Position numbers and translations under genes: made by a program
In this document: positions 40,614-53,787 of the stretch, one piece after another
How positions within the stretch are numbered: the first letter of the stretch is position 1
How the letters are laid out: each line of letters starts with the position of its first letter
The notes under the pieces: generated by a model
Database searches by the model: none
Seen by the model: the letters and a program-made list of their open reading frames with translations, nothing else
What the model was told of the DNA's origin: nothing
DNA from: Podarcis cretensis
Lineage: Eukaryota
DNA: 64,000 nucleotides
NCBI GenBank assembly: GCA_951804945.1
Contig: OX638149.1
Location: 108,438,001-108,502,000, forward strand
Reading direction: 5' to 3'

Positions 40614-40855
40614 CAGTGGTACCTCAGGCTAAGTACTTAATTCGTTCCGAAGGTCCGTTCTTAACCTGAAACTATTCTTAACCTGAAGCACCACTTTAGC
40701 TAATGGGGCCTCCTGCTGCTGCTGCACCGCCAGAGCATGATTTCTGTTCTCATCCTGAAGCAAAGTTCTTAACCCGAGGTACTATTTCTGGGTTAGCGGA
40801 GTCTGTAACCTGAAGCATATGTAACCTGAAGCGTATGTATCCTGAGGTGCCACTG
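40614..40855. mobile_element. Tc1/mariner MITE, subfamily A (inverted relative to 15292)
   Basis: TIR and TA TSD. Confidence 0.9.
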
Positions 40856-42874
40856 TATTATCGATCCCATATTGTCCACCAATTTTTGAAGAGGAAGGTG
40901 GGTACAGCATACAGCAGCCTCCCCTCAATCTGTTGTTGTTGTTGAACTACTACAACCCACCGCTCTTGACTGCTGCCCATGATGGAAAGGGCTGATGGGA
41001 GTTGGGAGTCCCAACCAAATATGGAGTGTGGCAGGCTGCAAATGACCAATCCCATGAGCGGTAAGTCCATTTTTTAAATATAGGTTTTAAGTTTTTTCCA
41101 CTGCTGCCACCCTGAAATTATTCCAGAGGCTTAATATCAGACAGAATACTTCAAAAATGAGAAAATAAAGTCATGAGAAATACTTGAACCATTCTCCTGA
41201 GGTAGCCCTCTCTTGGTGATCTGCCCTCTACCCAAACACTTTGTTGCCAGTCAGCCAGTGTTCATCTCTGCAAAAATTCAGCAAGCTTACTGCTTGTCAG
41301 GTTGACTGCTTTCCCCTTCACTCTGCTGTTACAGGGTTAAACAAATGCTAAACCAGGAGGAAGCCAGAAAATACTGGCCCACAAAACTGCCTTACGTTTG
41401 AAATTCATACATTATAGTCCTCCCTCCTTCTCCTCCACCTCCCATCCCGGACAGTATTTTTCTTTCAGTTAGCTGGGGGTGAGGGGGATGTTTATCTTAT
41501 TGGTATGGAGGGGAGGGGGGAGAGAGAGAGAAATTGGATAATTTGCAATGTGACTCACATGCACAGCTGTTCATTAAATATATCCACCAAAAATACAAAT
41601 ATAAGCAGGGAAAGACAGTATAATGTGCTTGGTGGGGGGGACAGCAGGCTAATCGTAAAAAAATAAAGGGGGGGGAAGCAAGTTTAAAAAGGTTGCAGGA
41701 AGTCCCCAGAGAGTAGGCCATCTGCAAATATGATAGACTACGCCAAGAATACATTTAGAAAATTTAAGCCAAACACTGCAGCGCAGTATGTGTGCATGTT
41801 CCCCAGGCTGTCTGTGCACCTGAAAATAGGTTGCTCTTTTTTTTTCCATATTTGCAAGCAGAGGCTGGTTTGCTCTTTTTGTTCCAAAAAAAGCAAGAAG
41901 CTGAGGGAGAGCATCCAAACTAAAAGTTCAATTCTTGTATTTAAAAAATGTAGGGCAGTTCCTACAGGTTATTCACTCCAGCAAATCTGTAAGTATCCAC
42001 ACTCAAGTAGTTAATCTGACAAAATGAATTACCCTTGAATTACCGGCATCTCATATTTTAACTTCAGGAGACTCGTGGTTTTTTTTTGTACTCCTGCCAT
42101 ATAAAACAGTAAAGTTGAAACACAAGGGTTTAAATAAACAAGGAAGAAACAATATCCCTGTCACAAATAGGCAGCATATATATGTAAGCGTTCACATCTC
42201 CTCAATTCACTAATCATGACAACAGCCCTATAATGTAGGCCTCTATCATTATCCCTATATATTGCCCCCAGTATGTGATGGAATATGAACCAGGGATTTG
42301 CTTACACTCCTCATGCATACCAGCTCTGAGGGGTATCCATTTTACAACCATTCCTACCGTTCACACCTCTACATCAAGTGTTTGTATGGACACTTAATTT
42401 TGTATTAGGAGTGCCCCGGTGGTTTTAATTTGCAAAACGAATCCCACCAAAATGTATTACTGCAGTTTCAGTCTGGAGGAAGACAAGGGCTCAAAACATC
42501 TGCAAGTCAAAATGGCAGCTTTTCAAACACACACTATGTAAGGATAAGCATGTTTACTTGGAAGGCAGCCCCTTAAAATTCAATGGGTCTTATTCTCCAG
42601 TAAGTGTTTAAGATGACAGTCTCCGTGTCTCAATTGAAATCCTGCTTCAGTTGCTCTCAAGCTGCACCTCTCACTCTTCTTTGCTTCCTTATGCGCTCTC
42701 ACTTCTGAAGGAGAAAGCAGTGTTCTGTGTATATCCAGTCACAGCAAATGAAAACACACTAGGCCAAGTCAGGCATCCCTCCAAACTGTGTATACGCAAC
42801 CAGGTGGAAAGGCATGTGCACTGGCCCTGCCACCACCCTCAACCTTTCTGCATTCAAGGGGCATGGGCCTAGGT

Positions 42875-43355
42875 CAGGGGTCTGCAACCTTTAAGACAAA
42901 AAGAGCCACTTGGACCCATTTCCGAAGGGGAAAAAAAAACTGGGAGCCGCAAAACTCGTCATTATAAAAATAACTTTTTTGTCACTTTTTTATTATTTCT
43001 TTGTTTGACCCCTCAGAATTACTCCTCCTCATAGAAATAAACAAGTTACCTTTTTGTGTGTGTGTGTTCTTCACTCCCCTTCAAAACAGTGACCAGCGTA
43101 CATGCCCCCTTTCAATGCAGTGACCAGCGTACATGCCCCTTACAATGTAGCGGGCGGGAAGGTGACGTCGGGACGGTGCGTGACTAACGCACGCACCGCC
43201 CCCATGCGACGTCACAGCCAGTACAGCGCCCGCCACAGTGGGGAGCGTTGGGGCGCACAATGCGCCTCCTCCCCTCGCTAGTATCCGCCCCGGAGCCGCG
43301 GCAAAGGTATAAAAGAGCCACATGCGGCTCCGGAGCCGCGGGTTGCAGACCCCTG
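42875..43355. mobile_element. hAT-Charlie non-autonomous element, CpG-rich
   Basis: Perfect 15-bp TIR caggggtctgcaacc / ggttgcagacccctg. TSD gcctaggt / tcctaggt. Confidence 0.9.
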
Positions 43356-43677
43356 TCCTAGGTGGAACATTTTTGCACGTTCAGCTGAACACACTTTGAG
43401 TTCTCCCCTCAACAGGGAACCCTGTGCAAATGGGGTTCTTGGTCATGGCCAAGATGCTGATCAATGTCCAGCTGAACATGCAAACAATCCTAATTAAATC
43501 CACTCAATTCAACATGGAGATATATACACACAAACACCAGTTCTGGGTCAGGAATAGCATGCATCATTGACCATCATTGACATTATTTCCACATGCTGTC
43601 CTATACATATTTGGAATAATGCCTTAATAACGTTGCTTCTGTAACACATCACAAGTTCACATAAATGACACTTTCAT

Positions 43678-44467
43678 ATTTTTAAAAAAATAATATTTAT
43701 TAACAATTTAAACACTACAAAAAACAAAAACAATACAATACAACACAAAAACACTACACAGCACAAACTAACAAAACAAAACAAAAAAACAATTTAAAAC
43801 ACATCAAATAGTTTCAGTATCATATCTTTCATTCACTTATTTCCGCGACCTCCTCACACCTCCCTTTTTCTATTCCACTTCTGTTAACTGTTTCAGCAAT
43901 TCCTTTCCATCTTTCTGTTTTCTATCCTATAATTATCTTAACACATTCTAACCTTATTAACATTCATTAATTTTGCAGTATTTCCGTAAATAATCTTTAA
44001 ACTTTTTCCAGTCTTCTTCCACCGACTCTTTTCCCTGGTCTCGGATTCTGCCAGTCATTTCTGCCAGTTCCATATAGTCCATCAACTTTATCTGCCATTC
44101 TTCCCGGGTGGGTAAATCTTGTGTCTTCCAATACTTCGCGATGAGTATTCTTGCTGCTGTTGTTGCATACATGAAAAATGTTCTATCCTTCTTTGGCACC
44201 AATTGGCCAACCATGCCCAGGAGAAAGGCCTCTGGTTTCTTCAGGAAGGTATATTTGAATACCTTCTTCATTTCATTATAAATCATCTCCCAGAATGTCT
44301 TAATCCTTGGGCATGTCCACCAAAGGTGAAAGAATGTACCTTCAATCTCATTACATTTCCAACATTTATTATTGGGCAAATGGTAAATTTTTGCAAGCTT
44401 GACTGGTGTCATGTACCACCTATAAATCATTTTCATTAAATTTTCTCTTAGGGCATTACATGCCGTA
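43678..44467 (-). mobile_element. L1 LINE, 5'-truncated, with intact ORF2 C-terminal fragment
   Basis: ~170 uninterrupted codons (43957-44467) with the L1 Cys motif CWKC...HLWWTC. 3' UTR with AATAAA at 43696-43701. 17-bp TSD cacataaatgacacttt at 43658-43674 and 44468-44484. Confidence 0.93.
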
Positions 44468-45224
44468 CACATAAATGACACTTTTATGCTCATTACATGA
44501 GATGAAACAGTGTACATGTATGAGTTTGTCTGTCACATACCAGAGAAGTGACACCCAGGTAGGAAAATGAGCGTATAAGGTAATACTTAACACAGACTCA
44601 CAAACTAGTCCACAAACACTGCCCTATATTGTTATTTGATCAGCTGCTGCAGAATACCGTAGGTTTTGTTTGTTTCAATGTGATATTAAAACACCTTGGG
44701 TGTATATGACGTAAACAAGGCCAGAAGGTGGGTTTGATTTTGGTGTTGTTGTTTTTTTACAAATAAATATATTTCATATCTATTGTGTTAAAATTATGGG
44801 TTATAAAGTGTTATATGAACAATAATTTTATATATGTTCCCTGCAGGTGAGCATTAATTAAAAAACTGAGAGGTTGCTAATCAGTTGCATTTTTAAAAGT
44901 AAATATATTATTTTCACAACTAATGTAAGCAGCTCATATCTCTGACTAGGCAATTTTCACACTGTTCACAAGAATAGAGCCTGAAATAGATATATATAGA
45001 GATGACAATTTTTATCTCTCAGTACCTTACCACGCAAAATCATGCTAACATACTTCAGACAAACTTCAACTAACTGCGGAGAATACTGTAATGTTTTAAT
45101 TATACACCTCTGTCATTGGTCCCCAAAATCTAAAATGGAAATTCAAGCATTTGTTACATTTTTTATGCCATGCATACTCCAAAGAACAAAGAGCAGAATA
45201 CATCATTCTCCTCTACTACCCTCA

Positions 45225-45372
45225 TCCCTAATTTTACCCAGAACAGTCCTGTGAGGTAGATTAATCAGAGAGACAAGGAGCGGTCTGGGATGACCCAGTG
45301 TGTCTTGCAGTAAGAGTGGAAATTTGAACCTAGGTCTCCCCAATATGTAGTCTAACCACTACAACATGCTGT
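45225..45372 (-). mobile_element. Old MIR/CORE-like SINE remnant (another near 51715-51822)
   Basis: aacagtcctgtgaggtag...gaaatttgaacctaggtctccc...ctaaccactac pattern. Confidence 0.55.
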
Positions 45373-45506
45373 AGAGGACAAAGCGTTGCCATACTGAAGC
45401 AAGTTGGTCCAGCATGAGCTGTCCAAGCAAGGTAGATGTAGGCAAGGAAACACATGGGATAAAAATGAGAGCATTTGCTGGGGATGTGATTATAAGATGT
45501 TAAGAG

Positions 45507-45663
45507 CAGTGGCGTAGCGTGGGGGGTGCAGGGGGTGCCAGCCGCACTGGGCGCAACATCTGGGGGTTAGGTTAGGGATAGGGTTAGGGGGCGCAAATCC
45601 AGGGTTAGGGGGCACAAATTACTTGCCTTGCCCCGGGTGCTGACAACCCACGCTACGCCACTG
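45507..45663. mobile_element. hAT MITE carrying telomere-like TTAGGG repeats
   Basis: Perfect 17-bp TIR cagtggcgtagcgtggg / cccacgctacgccactg. Perfect 8-bp TSD gttaagag (45499-45506, 45664-45671). Confidence 0.92.
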
Positions 45664-46971
45664 GTTAAGAGGCCAGACGTTACCTATACCAGGGTGTACC
45701 AGTGTGACACAGGCTAGGGGGGAATAGGTCAAACAGACACAGTATTTTTTGTTAATAGAGCATTCACCACTTCCTTAAAAATCTTTACATGTATGAAATT
45801 GCAATAATAAAAATAACTTCTTTCCTGATCTGCATGAAATGTAATACTCTTTTGCAAGAATGGAAGCCAAATTACCTTGCTAGAAGAAAAGTGATTTCCT
45901 GGGGACAAACTTTGAAAAAAAAAGTATAAAAGTCTCTTTGTTATTTAGTGAAGTCTTTTTTTCTTAAGTAGTGCGATTACCCAAGTATAAAAGTAGCCCT
46001 CTTTGTCTTGTAAAATGCCCACCCTCTTCAAAATAACCTCTTCATTTTTTTAAAAAAGTCTCATTATTAGGATTGCCTCTTTTTTTTAAAGGCAAAATTA
46101 TAGTCAGCTCGAAATGGTATTTTAAAGTATTGACCTTTACTGTAATGTAAGGAATCCTTTCACAATCCATCAAAAGCTTTTAAAACCGTGCAGCTACTTT
46201 GCTTTCAACAAAACCTATTAGCCTTTGATTGAGAAGTCATAAAAAACCTAGGTGGGTGAAGAAGCAGGCAGGAAGGAAAATTACCCCCCCCCAAGTTTTA
46301 TCAGAATGTTATATTAAAATATGAAAATAGTTGGTCATTTGACTGCTCAAAATAAATGGTGGAATATTAAAAGAAAATTATTAGAACACACACACTTTCT
46401 AACTACAAAGTTCAAAAGCTAATTACCATACTTGCTAGAAAACTAGTTATAAACAACTTTCATCTATTATTATTTAGAACAATGATATGCAAATAAAAAC
46501 TTATGTGACTCATCAAGCAATGTATGAGGAATAGGCTAAAACTGGAAATCAAAACATACATATGAACAGGAAATAAAGAGACAAAATACGAGATTTGAGC
46601 TGTAGTCCAGAGCAAATAAATCCTGTGTCATTATCAAACATCATGGTGAAATTAAAAAGGTAAGCTACCAACTATACAACACTGTTCTCTGTTTCTCAAA
46701 TATCTGTTCTCTGTATTCTCAAACATTGAAAGAATTGTCAGTTGCAGCTCATCTCTAGGAAGGAAAACGTACTCTCCACGTATCAATTACCCAGAGAAAC
46801 GCTGCATTGGTTTATTCCTACACTAAGCAATCACATGCCTGACAAGGAGAATGTATTTTGTCCACCAACACATTAAATGGATTCTTTTATGAATCAAGAG
46901 CTCAGTTTCACAACTGGAAGAAAGTTAGCAGGAGCCTGAAACACAAAGTATGTTTGATGCAGTCACATCAA

Positions 46972-47112
46972 CACAGAACCACAGAATTGTAGAGCTGGAA
47001 TTGACCCCCACAGCTCATCTACTTGCAATGCAGAAATCTCAACACATGGTCCTCCATTCAATTTGAAAACATACCAGACTCTGTTTAGCTTTGCAAATGT
47101 TCTAGCAGTTTT
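46972..47112 (-). mobile_element. Putative 5S rRNA-derived SINE with CR1-type tail, copy 2
   Basis: Colinear with 21917-22060. 47048-47091 on minus reads AAGCTAAACAGAGTCTGGTATGTTTTCAAATTGAATGGAGGACC. Confidence 0.6.
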
Positions 47113-48547
47113 TGATTGTTAATCTTTGGTAGCAGACCCCGACCCCACCCCCAGTAAGAATTAAAGTATGTTGCTCATTTCCTGAGTTATACATCCCATC
47201 ACAAACAAAATCTGCTTGAAGCCGGGGTGTGTGTTTCAGAATTTGTTAACATTTCTGATGCCCAGTTTGGGGAGCATTTCCTGTTGCTTGCTATGAAGTG
47301 AAACTCCCTATTCACCCTAGGGCAAAAATAAGACACTGAACTTGCCCAAGCTTGCCCAAGCTGATGGGAAGCCCCGTCAGACATTTGGATTCCAAAGAAC
47401 GTTTGCAAACCGGAACACTTACTTCCAGGTTTGCGGCGTTCAGGAGCCAAAACGTCCAAGTACCAAGGCATTCAGGATCCAAGGTATGACTGTATGTGTA
47501 ACCCTTGGAACCAACCGCTTTTGGTGTGTAAACTGCAGAAACTGCTGGAGGAGAAATTATTGTATAGATATGGCCTGCGTGCTCATTTTATTGCTTTTTA
47601 CACATAAATGGTATGCTTCCCAATTTTATTTGCTCTTCTCTTCATATTATACTGATTCTTTTTTACAGCAATTTAGTTGAACCACTTTTGAACTGCTCTG
47701 GTGGCAGATGGGTGGCATATAATTTAATAGATGAAATAAGGAAAACGGGAGTTCCAGTTCTAAGGAAAATGCATGTCCAAAGTGTTTTGCATTCCTTTGG
47801 TCTGTGTAAAAAGAGACTCCAGTAAAAATTACCACCAGTGCGAAACCTTTGATTAAAAAGGTGCATCAAAACAACCACCTGTTTAAAATGTATTACACGG
47901 AATGGGATGACTCAGAAATCACTTCTCCATCCCCAGGGCTGAAGAAGATCCCAGCATGTTTAGTCAGTCCTCTCACTGCAAAAGAGATATTTCCTCATCT
48001 TGCAAGGAAAGTCCCATCAGGCCTTCATTAAAAACAGAAGAGACCCATGGCCAGCTAAGGTGCTTTCTATTGCACCTGAAAATGAGCTCGGAATTATCAT
48101 CTCCCTGACAAAAACTGGGGTAAAGGAAACAGAACATGCCCTTCCTCTTGACTTCAGGAAACTGCCTGCTTCTTAGTACAATAGCATTCAATTCACCACC
48201 AGTCATGCCTCACCAAAGTGCAACACTGATCCGTATACGGCCATACCTCGGGTTGAATGTGCTTCAGGTTGAGCGCTTTCGGGTTGTGCTCCGCGGCAAC
48301 CTGGAAGTAACGGAATGCATTACTTCTGGGTTTCGCCACTCGCGCAGACGCTCAAAATGATGTCATGCGCATGCGTGGAAGCAGCAAAATGTGACCCGCG
48401 CAGATGCACCGTCGCGTCTTACGTTATTGTTTTCCATGCCTGAGCACATACTCTGCATGCAAAACGACCCAGAAACTCAATCCCAAGTACGGCTGAGAAA
48501 GACTCCTGTCTGACACCCTGGACACTGCCTGTCAGAAATCAACAGTA

Positions 48548-48788
48548 CAGTGGTACCTCGGTTTACGAACTTAATCCGTTCCGGAAGTCCGTTCTTAAAC
48601 CAAAACTATTCTTAAACCGAGGCACGCTTTCCCTAATGAGGCCTCCAGCCACCGGTGCCCTTCCACCGTTCGGATTCCATTCTTAGACCAAGGTAAGGTG
48701 CTCAAACCAAGACACTATTTCCGGTTTTGCAGAGTTTGTAAACCAAATCGTTCTTAAACTGGACTGTTCTTAAACCAAGGTACCACCG
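48548..48788. mobile_element. Tc1/mariner MITE, subfamily B
   Basis: TIR CAGTGGTACCTCGGTTTA with TA TSD. Homologous to 59278-59517. Confidence 0.88.
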
Positions 48789-50834
48789 TACTGAGTTAAA
48801 TTGACTAAAAGTCTCACCCAGTGGTGTGGTTTGCACATCACACTAAGCCATGCTATTGCTTAGCATGACTGCACAAGCTCCAGGAGAGAGTGCAGACACG
48901 TTGATCCTCTCCTGTTGTTTCGCTGCTTCCCCGTGCAGATATTAGTTTGGCTAAGTGTGTCATCCAAACCTGGGCTCATGGCCCTCCTGGACCAGCTACA
49001 AGCCGTAAACCATGTGACAAGCCGTGGCTGCAAAAAACACAACATTTTTGTGTTCCAGGGCAGCATTGGCGTAGGAGCAAGAATGCACACTTCTGTCATC
49101 TGAACGCATCACAGCCAGCAGCTCGTGGAAACCAAAGTAGCCAACAGCATGAGACTGCCGCTCACAAGTGCCCAGAAACAGCTCTGACTATGGAAGGAAA
49201 ACAAGCCAGAGACTGCAGATGCAGGATTGTATTTATTGTTATGCAGACATTTGGGAAGAGTAACTTTGCAGATGTTCCATTTAAATTTTGGATTCCCCCC
49301 ACCACTTTTTTAAAATTGTGGCCCCCCCGCAAAAAAAAAATGTAGGGGGGAAAGCCCTTCTGTGAGGCAGAAGCACAGGCCAAACTCCTAAAAGTCATTC
49401 CACAGCCTTCCCTTCTCGCCCACCATTCTCCTCCTCCTCCTCCCCCTCCCCCCTTTGCAAACACACATTACTTTCTCGGCAATCTGTGCAGCTGCCTCTT
49501 TGTGCAGTTGGCACCGATCACTGCCAATCTGGGACTTATTTCCAGTGAAGACGGCATTGTTTTATTAGCTACTTAAGCAGTGCATGCACCATTAATGGAG
49601 TTTTTATCTCTCCATTTCCCTGACAGGGCAGAACCAGCCAGTCTGACTCTGTTATTATCATTAGGAAAGCTCACCCCTCGCTATCTTTAATCCAAACAAC
49701 ATCTGGATTCATAGCAGCTCTCCGATAAAGTGAGGCGAAAGTGCACACTGCATTAGCTCCCAGAGAACAAAAGTTTATGCTTTTGTACATGCACAAGTGA
49801 TTAGATAAAATGTCTCCAGCTAGCCAATACAGTGTTTTGGTATACATTTCCGTTTTTTGCCTTGTACCCCTTGATAAGATTTTCCAAATTACACATTATA
49901 CAATTAAGATCCCCTCCCCACACCTTCAAACAAATAGCAAAGCTAGAAAACAAAACAGTGCTTCCTATTTCTGCAGCAACATTTACACACAAGCAATTTT
50001 ACAGGGGGGAGGAGCCGCGGGCCTTTGAAGCCTTGAGTAACATGCCAAATACTTCAATAAGAGGAAATTAAAGAGCCCTTCACTGAAATATTATTATTAA
50101 TGTGTGCGCGGATGACAAAACAGTCTGGCGCCGAAGTAGCCCAATAGACATGTCCCACTGTAACAGACAGCTGTCTCCAGTGTCATTTAAGTATGCTTTT
50201 GCTCGAAATCAACCCCTCAGTGTCTCCCAAGAATCAATAGAGAGAAGAGAACCGTGGACTCCCCCTCCCCCAAATACATGCAACTAGGAATCTGGAGCGT
50301 CATCGTGATTATATTCAACCCGCCAAGCAGTTTTCCAGGCAAAGTGCAGCCCAAAGGATACATACTGTACACAATGATCTACTCTCTCTCAGAGAAGGCG
50401 GCCATCACCACAGCAAGATAGATACAGCCCTGTTGAGTTCAACAGGACTTGCAAGGAAGAAATGGGTGTATTATTGGGTTGTCTTTGTTGTTATTTATAA
50501 TATGTATTTTCTGTTTATTATGCTGTGATTTTATGTTGTGAACTGCCCTGAGATCTATGGGTATAGGGTGGTAAACAAGCTAATAATAATGATGATGATG
50601 ATGTTGTGCTTTTTTAAAAAGAAAAAAAGGTTGTGGTACTCACCATGAAGTTGTTACAGTAAATGTCACATTTTAACACGGGGTTTGGGATTGGTGCTGG
50701 TACACTGTGTACCCTTGAGTGCCCCCTTTAAAAAAGCACTGATAATAAGGTTGTAGCCTTGGGGGGGGGGCGCTACTAGCAAATAAGCCCTACTGAATTT
50801 AGTGGGTCATCCCACTCCCAAGGAAACATGTATA

Positions 50835-50970
50835 CAGTGCTTTTTTTCTTTAAAAAATGTTTAGGGGTACAGTACTCTCATTTTCCTAATCATATTGAAA
50901 TACTGCTCCTCAATGATGCCAAATTTAGATTCACAAAATGTTTAGAGGTATGCGTACCCCCAGAAAAAAG
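50835..50970. mobile_element. MITE with CAGTGCTTTTTT ends, truncated by the gap (older relative ~50606-50741)
   Basis: cagtgctttttttct ... agaaaaaag|N. Confidence 0.6.
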
Positions 50971-51098
50971 NNNNNNNNNNNNNNNNNNNNNNNNNNNNNN
51001 NNNNNNNNNNNNNNNNNNNNNNNNNNNNNNNNNNNNNNNNNNNNNNNNNNNNNNNNNNNNNNNNNNNNNNNNNNNNNNNNNNNNNNNNNNNNNNNNNN
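50971..51098. other. Assembly gap (128 N)
   Basis: Run of n. Confidence 1.
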
Positions 51099-51873
51099 AT
51101 GAACTTAATACGAAGGTGGAGAAGTGTTTGGGAAGGCACTCCAGAGCAGAGAAGATTTTCTTCCTCGTTGTTCAACAGAAATACCTACAGTCTGAGCCAC
51201 AGGCTCCACTGCTCAGATGCGGAAGCAGCGCTTCAGATTAGAGCATCATGCCATGCTGTTAATGACAGGCTGCGTAACCCGATTCTCTCAGTGGGCGTCT
51301 GGAATAAGCACTTCCTCCTCCAGCGCCCCTATCCCATTGTCCCACCCCACTGCGCCAGCTGTTTCTGACAGCCAAATTGCTGCACATTAAGCAATAAAGG
51401 CTGTCAAGAAAAGGAATTTTCATTTCTGTAACGCATAGGCCTCCTTGGACAAATTATACAGTTTACAGTCCTAGGCTACGGGAACCTGCTTTCATGTTGA
51501 AATGCTGCCAAATGTAGTCTTAAAAATAAAATAAAAAATTCCAGTTGATAATTGCATCAAACAAGTGTAAATGACCAGCGCAGAAAGAAGGCGTATGTTT
51601 CACAGAGTAAGCACCAAGCACTGGAAATGCTCACGTGGAGATGAAAAGATTCTCAAGATTTCCTGCATTTGTTTTCCTTTTTTCCCCCCAATGAGCTTCA
51701 AATGGTGCACATGAGGATTATCCCGCTGTATCCTCACAACCACCCTGTGTGGTACATCGGGCTAAAGGACTTGCGACTGGCTTGTTGTCACTCAGCAGGC
51801 CCTGCCCACTATACCGCACTGCCTTTCTAACATAATAGCACAAAGGAGACTTTCAACTGATACATTCCTTATA

Positions 51874-52121
51874 CAGTGGTACCTCAGGTGAAGTACTTAA
51901 TTCATTGCGGAGGTCCGTTCTTAACCTGAAACTGTTCTTAACCTGAAGCACCACTTTAGCTAATAGGGCCTGCTGCTGCTGCTGCTGCCGCGCCGCCAGA
52001 GCCTGATTTCTGTTCTCATCCTGAAGCAAAGTTCTTAACCTGAAGCACTATTTCTGGGTTAGCGGAGTCTGTAACCTGAAGCATATGTAACCTGAAGCGT
52101 ATGTAACCTGAGGTACCACTG
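51874..52121. mobile_element. Tc1/mariner MITE, subfamily A
   Basis: TIR and TA TSD. Confidence 0.9.
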
Positions 52122-52965
52122 TATATTTTTTTTAACTAATTATCTGAATGTCTTAACGTACAGCAAAAATAGTATAATAGCAAAACCCAAGAAGTAGAAA
52201 AGTGTGTCAAGGAGGCAAAAGATATGTCCTGTGCATATATATATATATATATATATACGCTTAATTTCCCCCAAACTCAAACAAATACAAATGGCTTTTT
52301 TTTCCAGCTGGAACTTTCTAGAACTCAGTTCTCAGGTGGGCACCATTGCCATTCTAAGAGAACAAGACAGGTGTTCGTGGTGACTTCCTGCACCACTTTT
52401 TCTAGAAAAATAGCACTGCATAAGTCCCTCTATAAAGTACTCCAAGAATTCAGCTACTCTTCTAGGGTGGCAGCAGGGAAGGAAAGTCTTAAAAACTTTC
52501 TGGACATAATATCCCACTCTCCATAAAATATCAAATGAAGTGCAGCTGTATGCTTTATTGGGCTGAGACATCTCTGGTGGGAGATCCTACTGTAATAGTT
52601 TTCTGCAAATGCAGTTCTGAATGGTCTGCTGACAGATACAACACCGTCCACAACACGAATACCTCCCCTTCCAAAATCCCATGCAAACCAGCAGCATAAC
52701 TCAAACAAGCTGTACAATAAAACTCCTAAAATCAGAGCTTCTCTCAAGCCAGATCTGCAAACTGAAGCAGCCCAAAAGCTGCACCACTGTTCATGCAATA
52801 TTCATAGTACATCCTATTCCCAAGGTACAGGGACATGATAACACCCCCTTCGTATTTATTTTTTATGCAGAACACAGGTTTTTTTCCATTCACAAACAGC
52901 CAATGCTGGGTATGTATGTATGTATGTAACCCATGCAAGGTTCTGTGCAGCCCAAAGTATAATTC

Positions 52966-53247
52966 AAAAATAATAATATAATAATAATTTATTATTTGTA
53001 CCCCACCCATCTGGCTGGGTTTCCCCAGCCACTCTGGGCAACTTCCAGAGAGACCAAAAATACACTAAAATGTCACACATTAAAAACTTCCCTGAAGATG
53101 TCTTAAGATGTCTTCTGAATGTCAGGTAGTTGTTTATCGCTTTGACATCTGATGGGAGGGCATTCCACAGGACGGGCGCCACTACCGAGAAGGCCCTCTG
53201 CCTGGTTCCCTGTAGCTTTGCTTCTCGCAATGAGGGAACTGCCAGAA
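52966..53247 (-). mobile_element. L2-clade LINE 3' fragment
   Basis: LAVPSLREAKLQGTRQRAFSVVAPVLWNALPSDVK...TFRRHLKT, followed by an AT-rich tail. Confidence 0.85.
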
Positions 53248-53565
53248 CGATGGGGGTTCTTAATGGCACAACCACTTCCTGGTTGGGTGGGGGAGATGTT
53301 GAGACAACAGCAGTCTATAAACTGGAACAAAGTCAGGCTGGTGTGCAAATGCTCCATACCCAGGGGCCAGCTCACCATTTAAGAATCCACAACTCCAAGC
53401 TCTGCACAGGTAAGTGCTTTAAAGCACACCCAGCACCTGATTTAAAGTTGGATTTTTTTTGGAGAGGGGAGGAAAAGTAGAGAGGATTGTGCCAAACCAA
53501 GCCAAGCCAGGGTTAGAATTGCAGTCTCACATCTAAACAAGCATGCTCAAGTTAACAATGGATTA

Positions 53566-53787
53566 CAGTGGTACCTCGGGTTACATACGCTTCAGGTTAC
53601 AGACTCCGCTAACCCAGAAATAGTACCTCGGGTTAAGAACTTTGCTTCAGGATGAGAACAGGAATCGTGCAGCGGTGCAGCGGCAGCGGGAGGCCCCATT
53701 AGCTAGAGTGGTGCTTCAGGTTAAGAACAGTTTCAGGTTAAGAACAGACCTCCGAACGAATTAAGTTCTAAACCTGAGGTACCACTG
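53566..53787. mobile_element. Tc1/mariner MITE, subfamily A
   Basis: TIR and TA TSD. Confidence 0.9.

Noticed and set aside
42875-43355. ACVR1 CpG-island promoter
   Set aside because: The CpG patch is bounded by TIRs and a TSD, so it is a transposon. The true promoter is probably outside the window.
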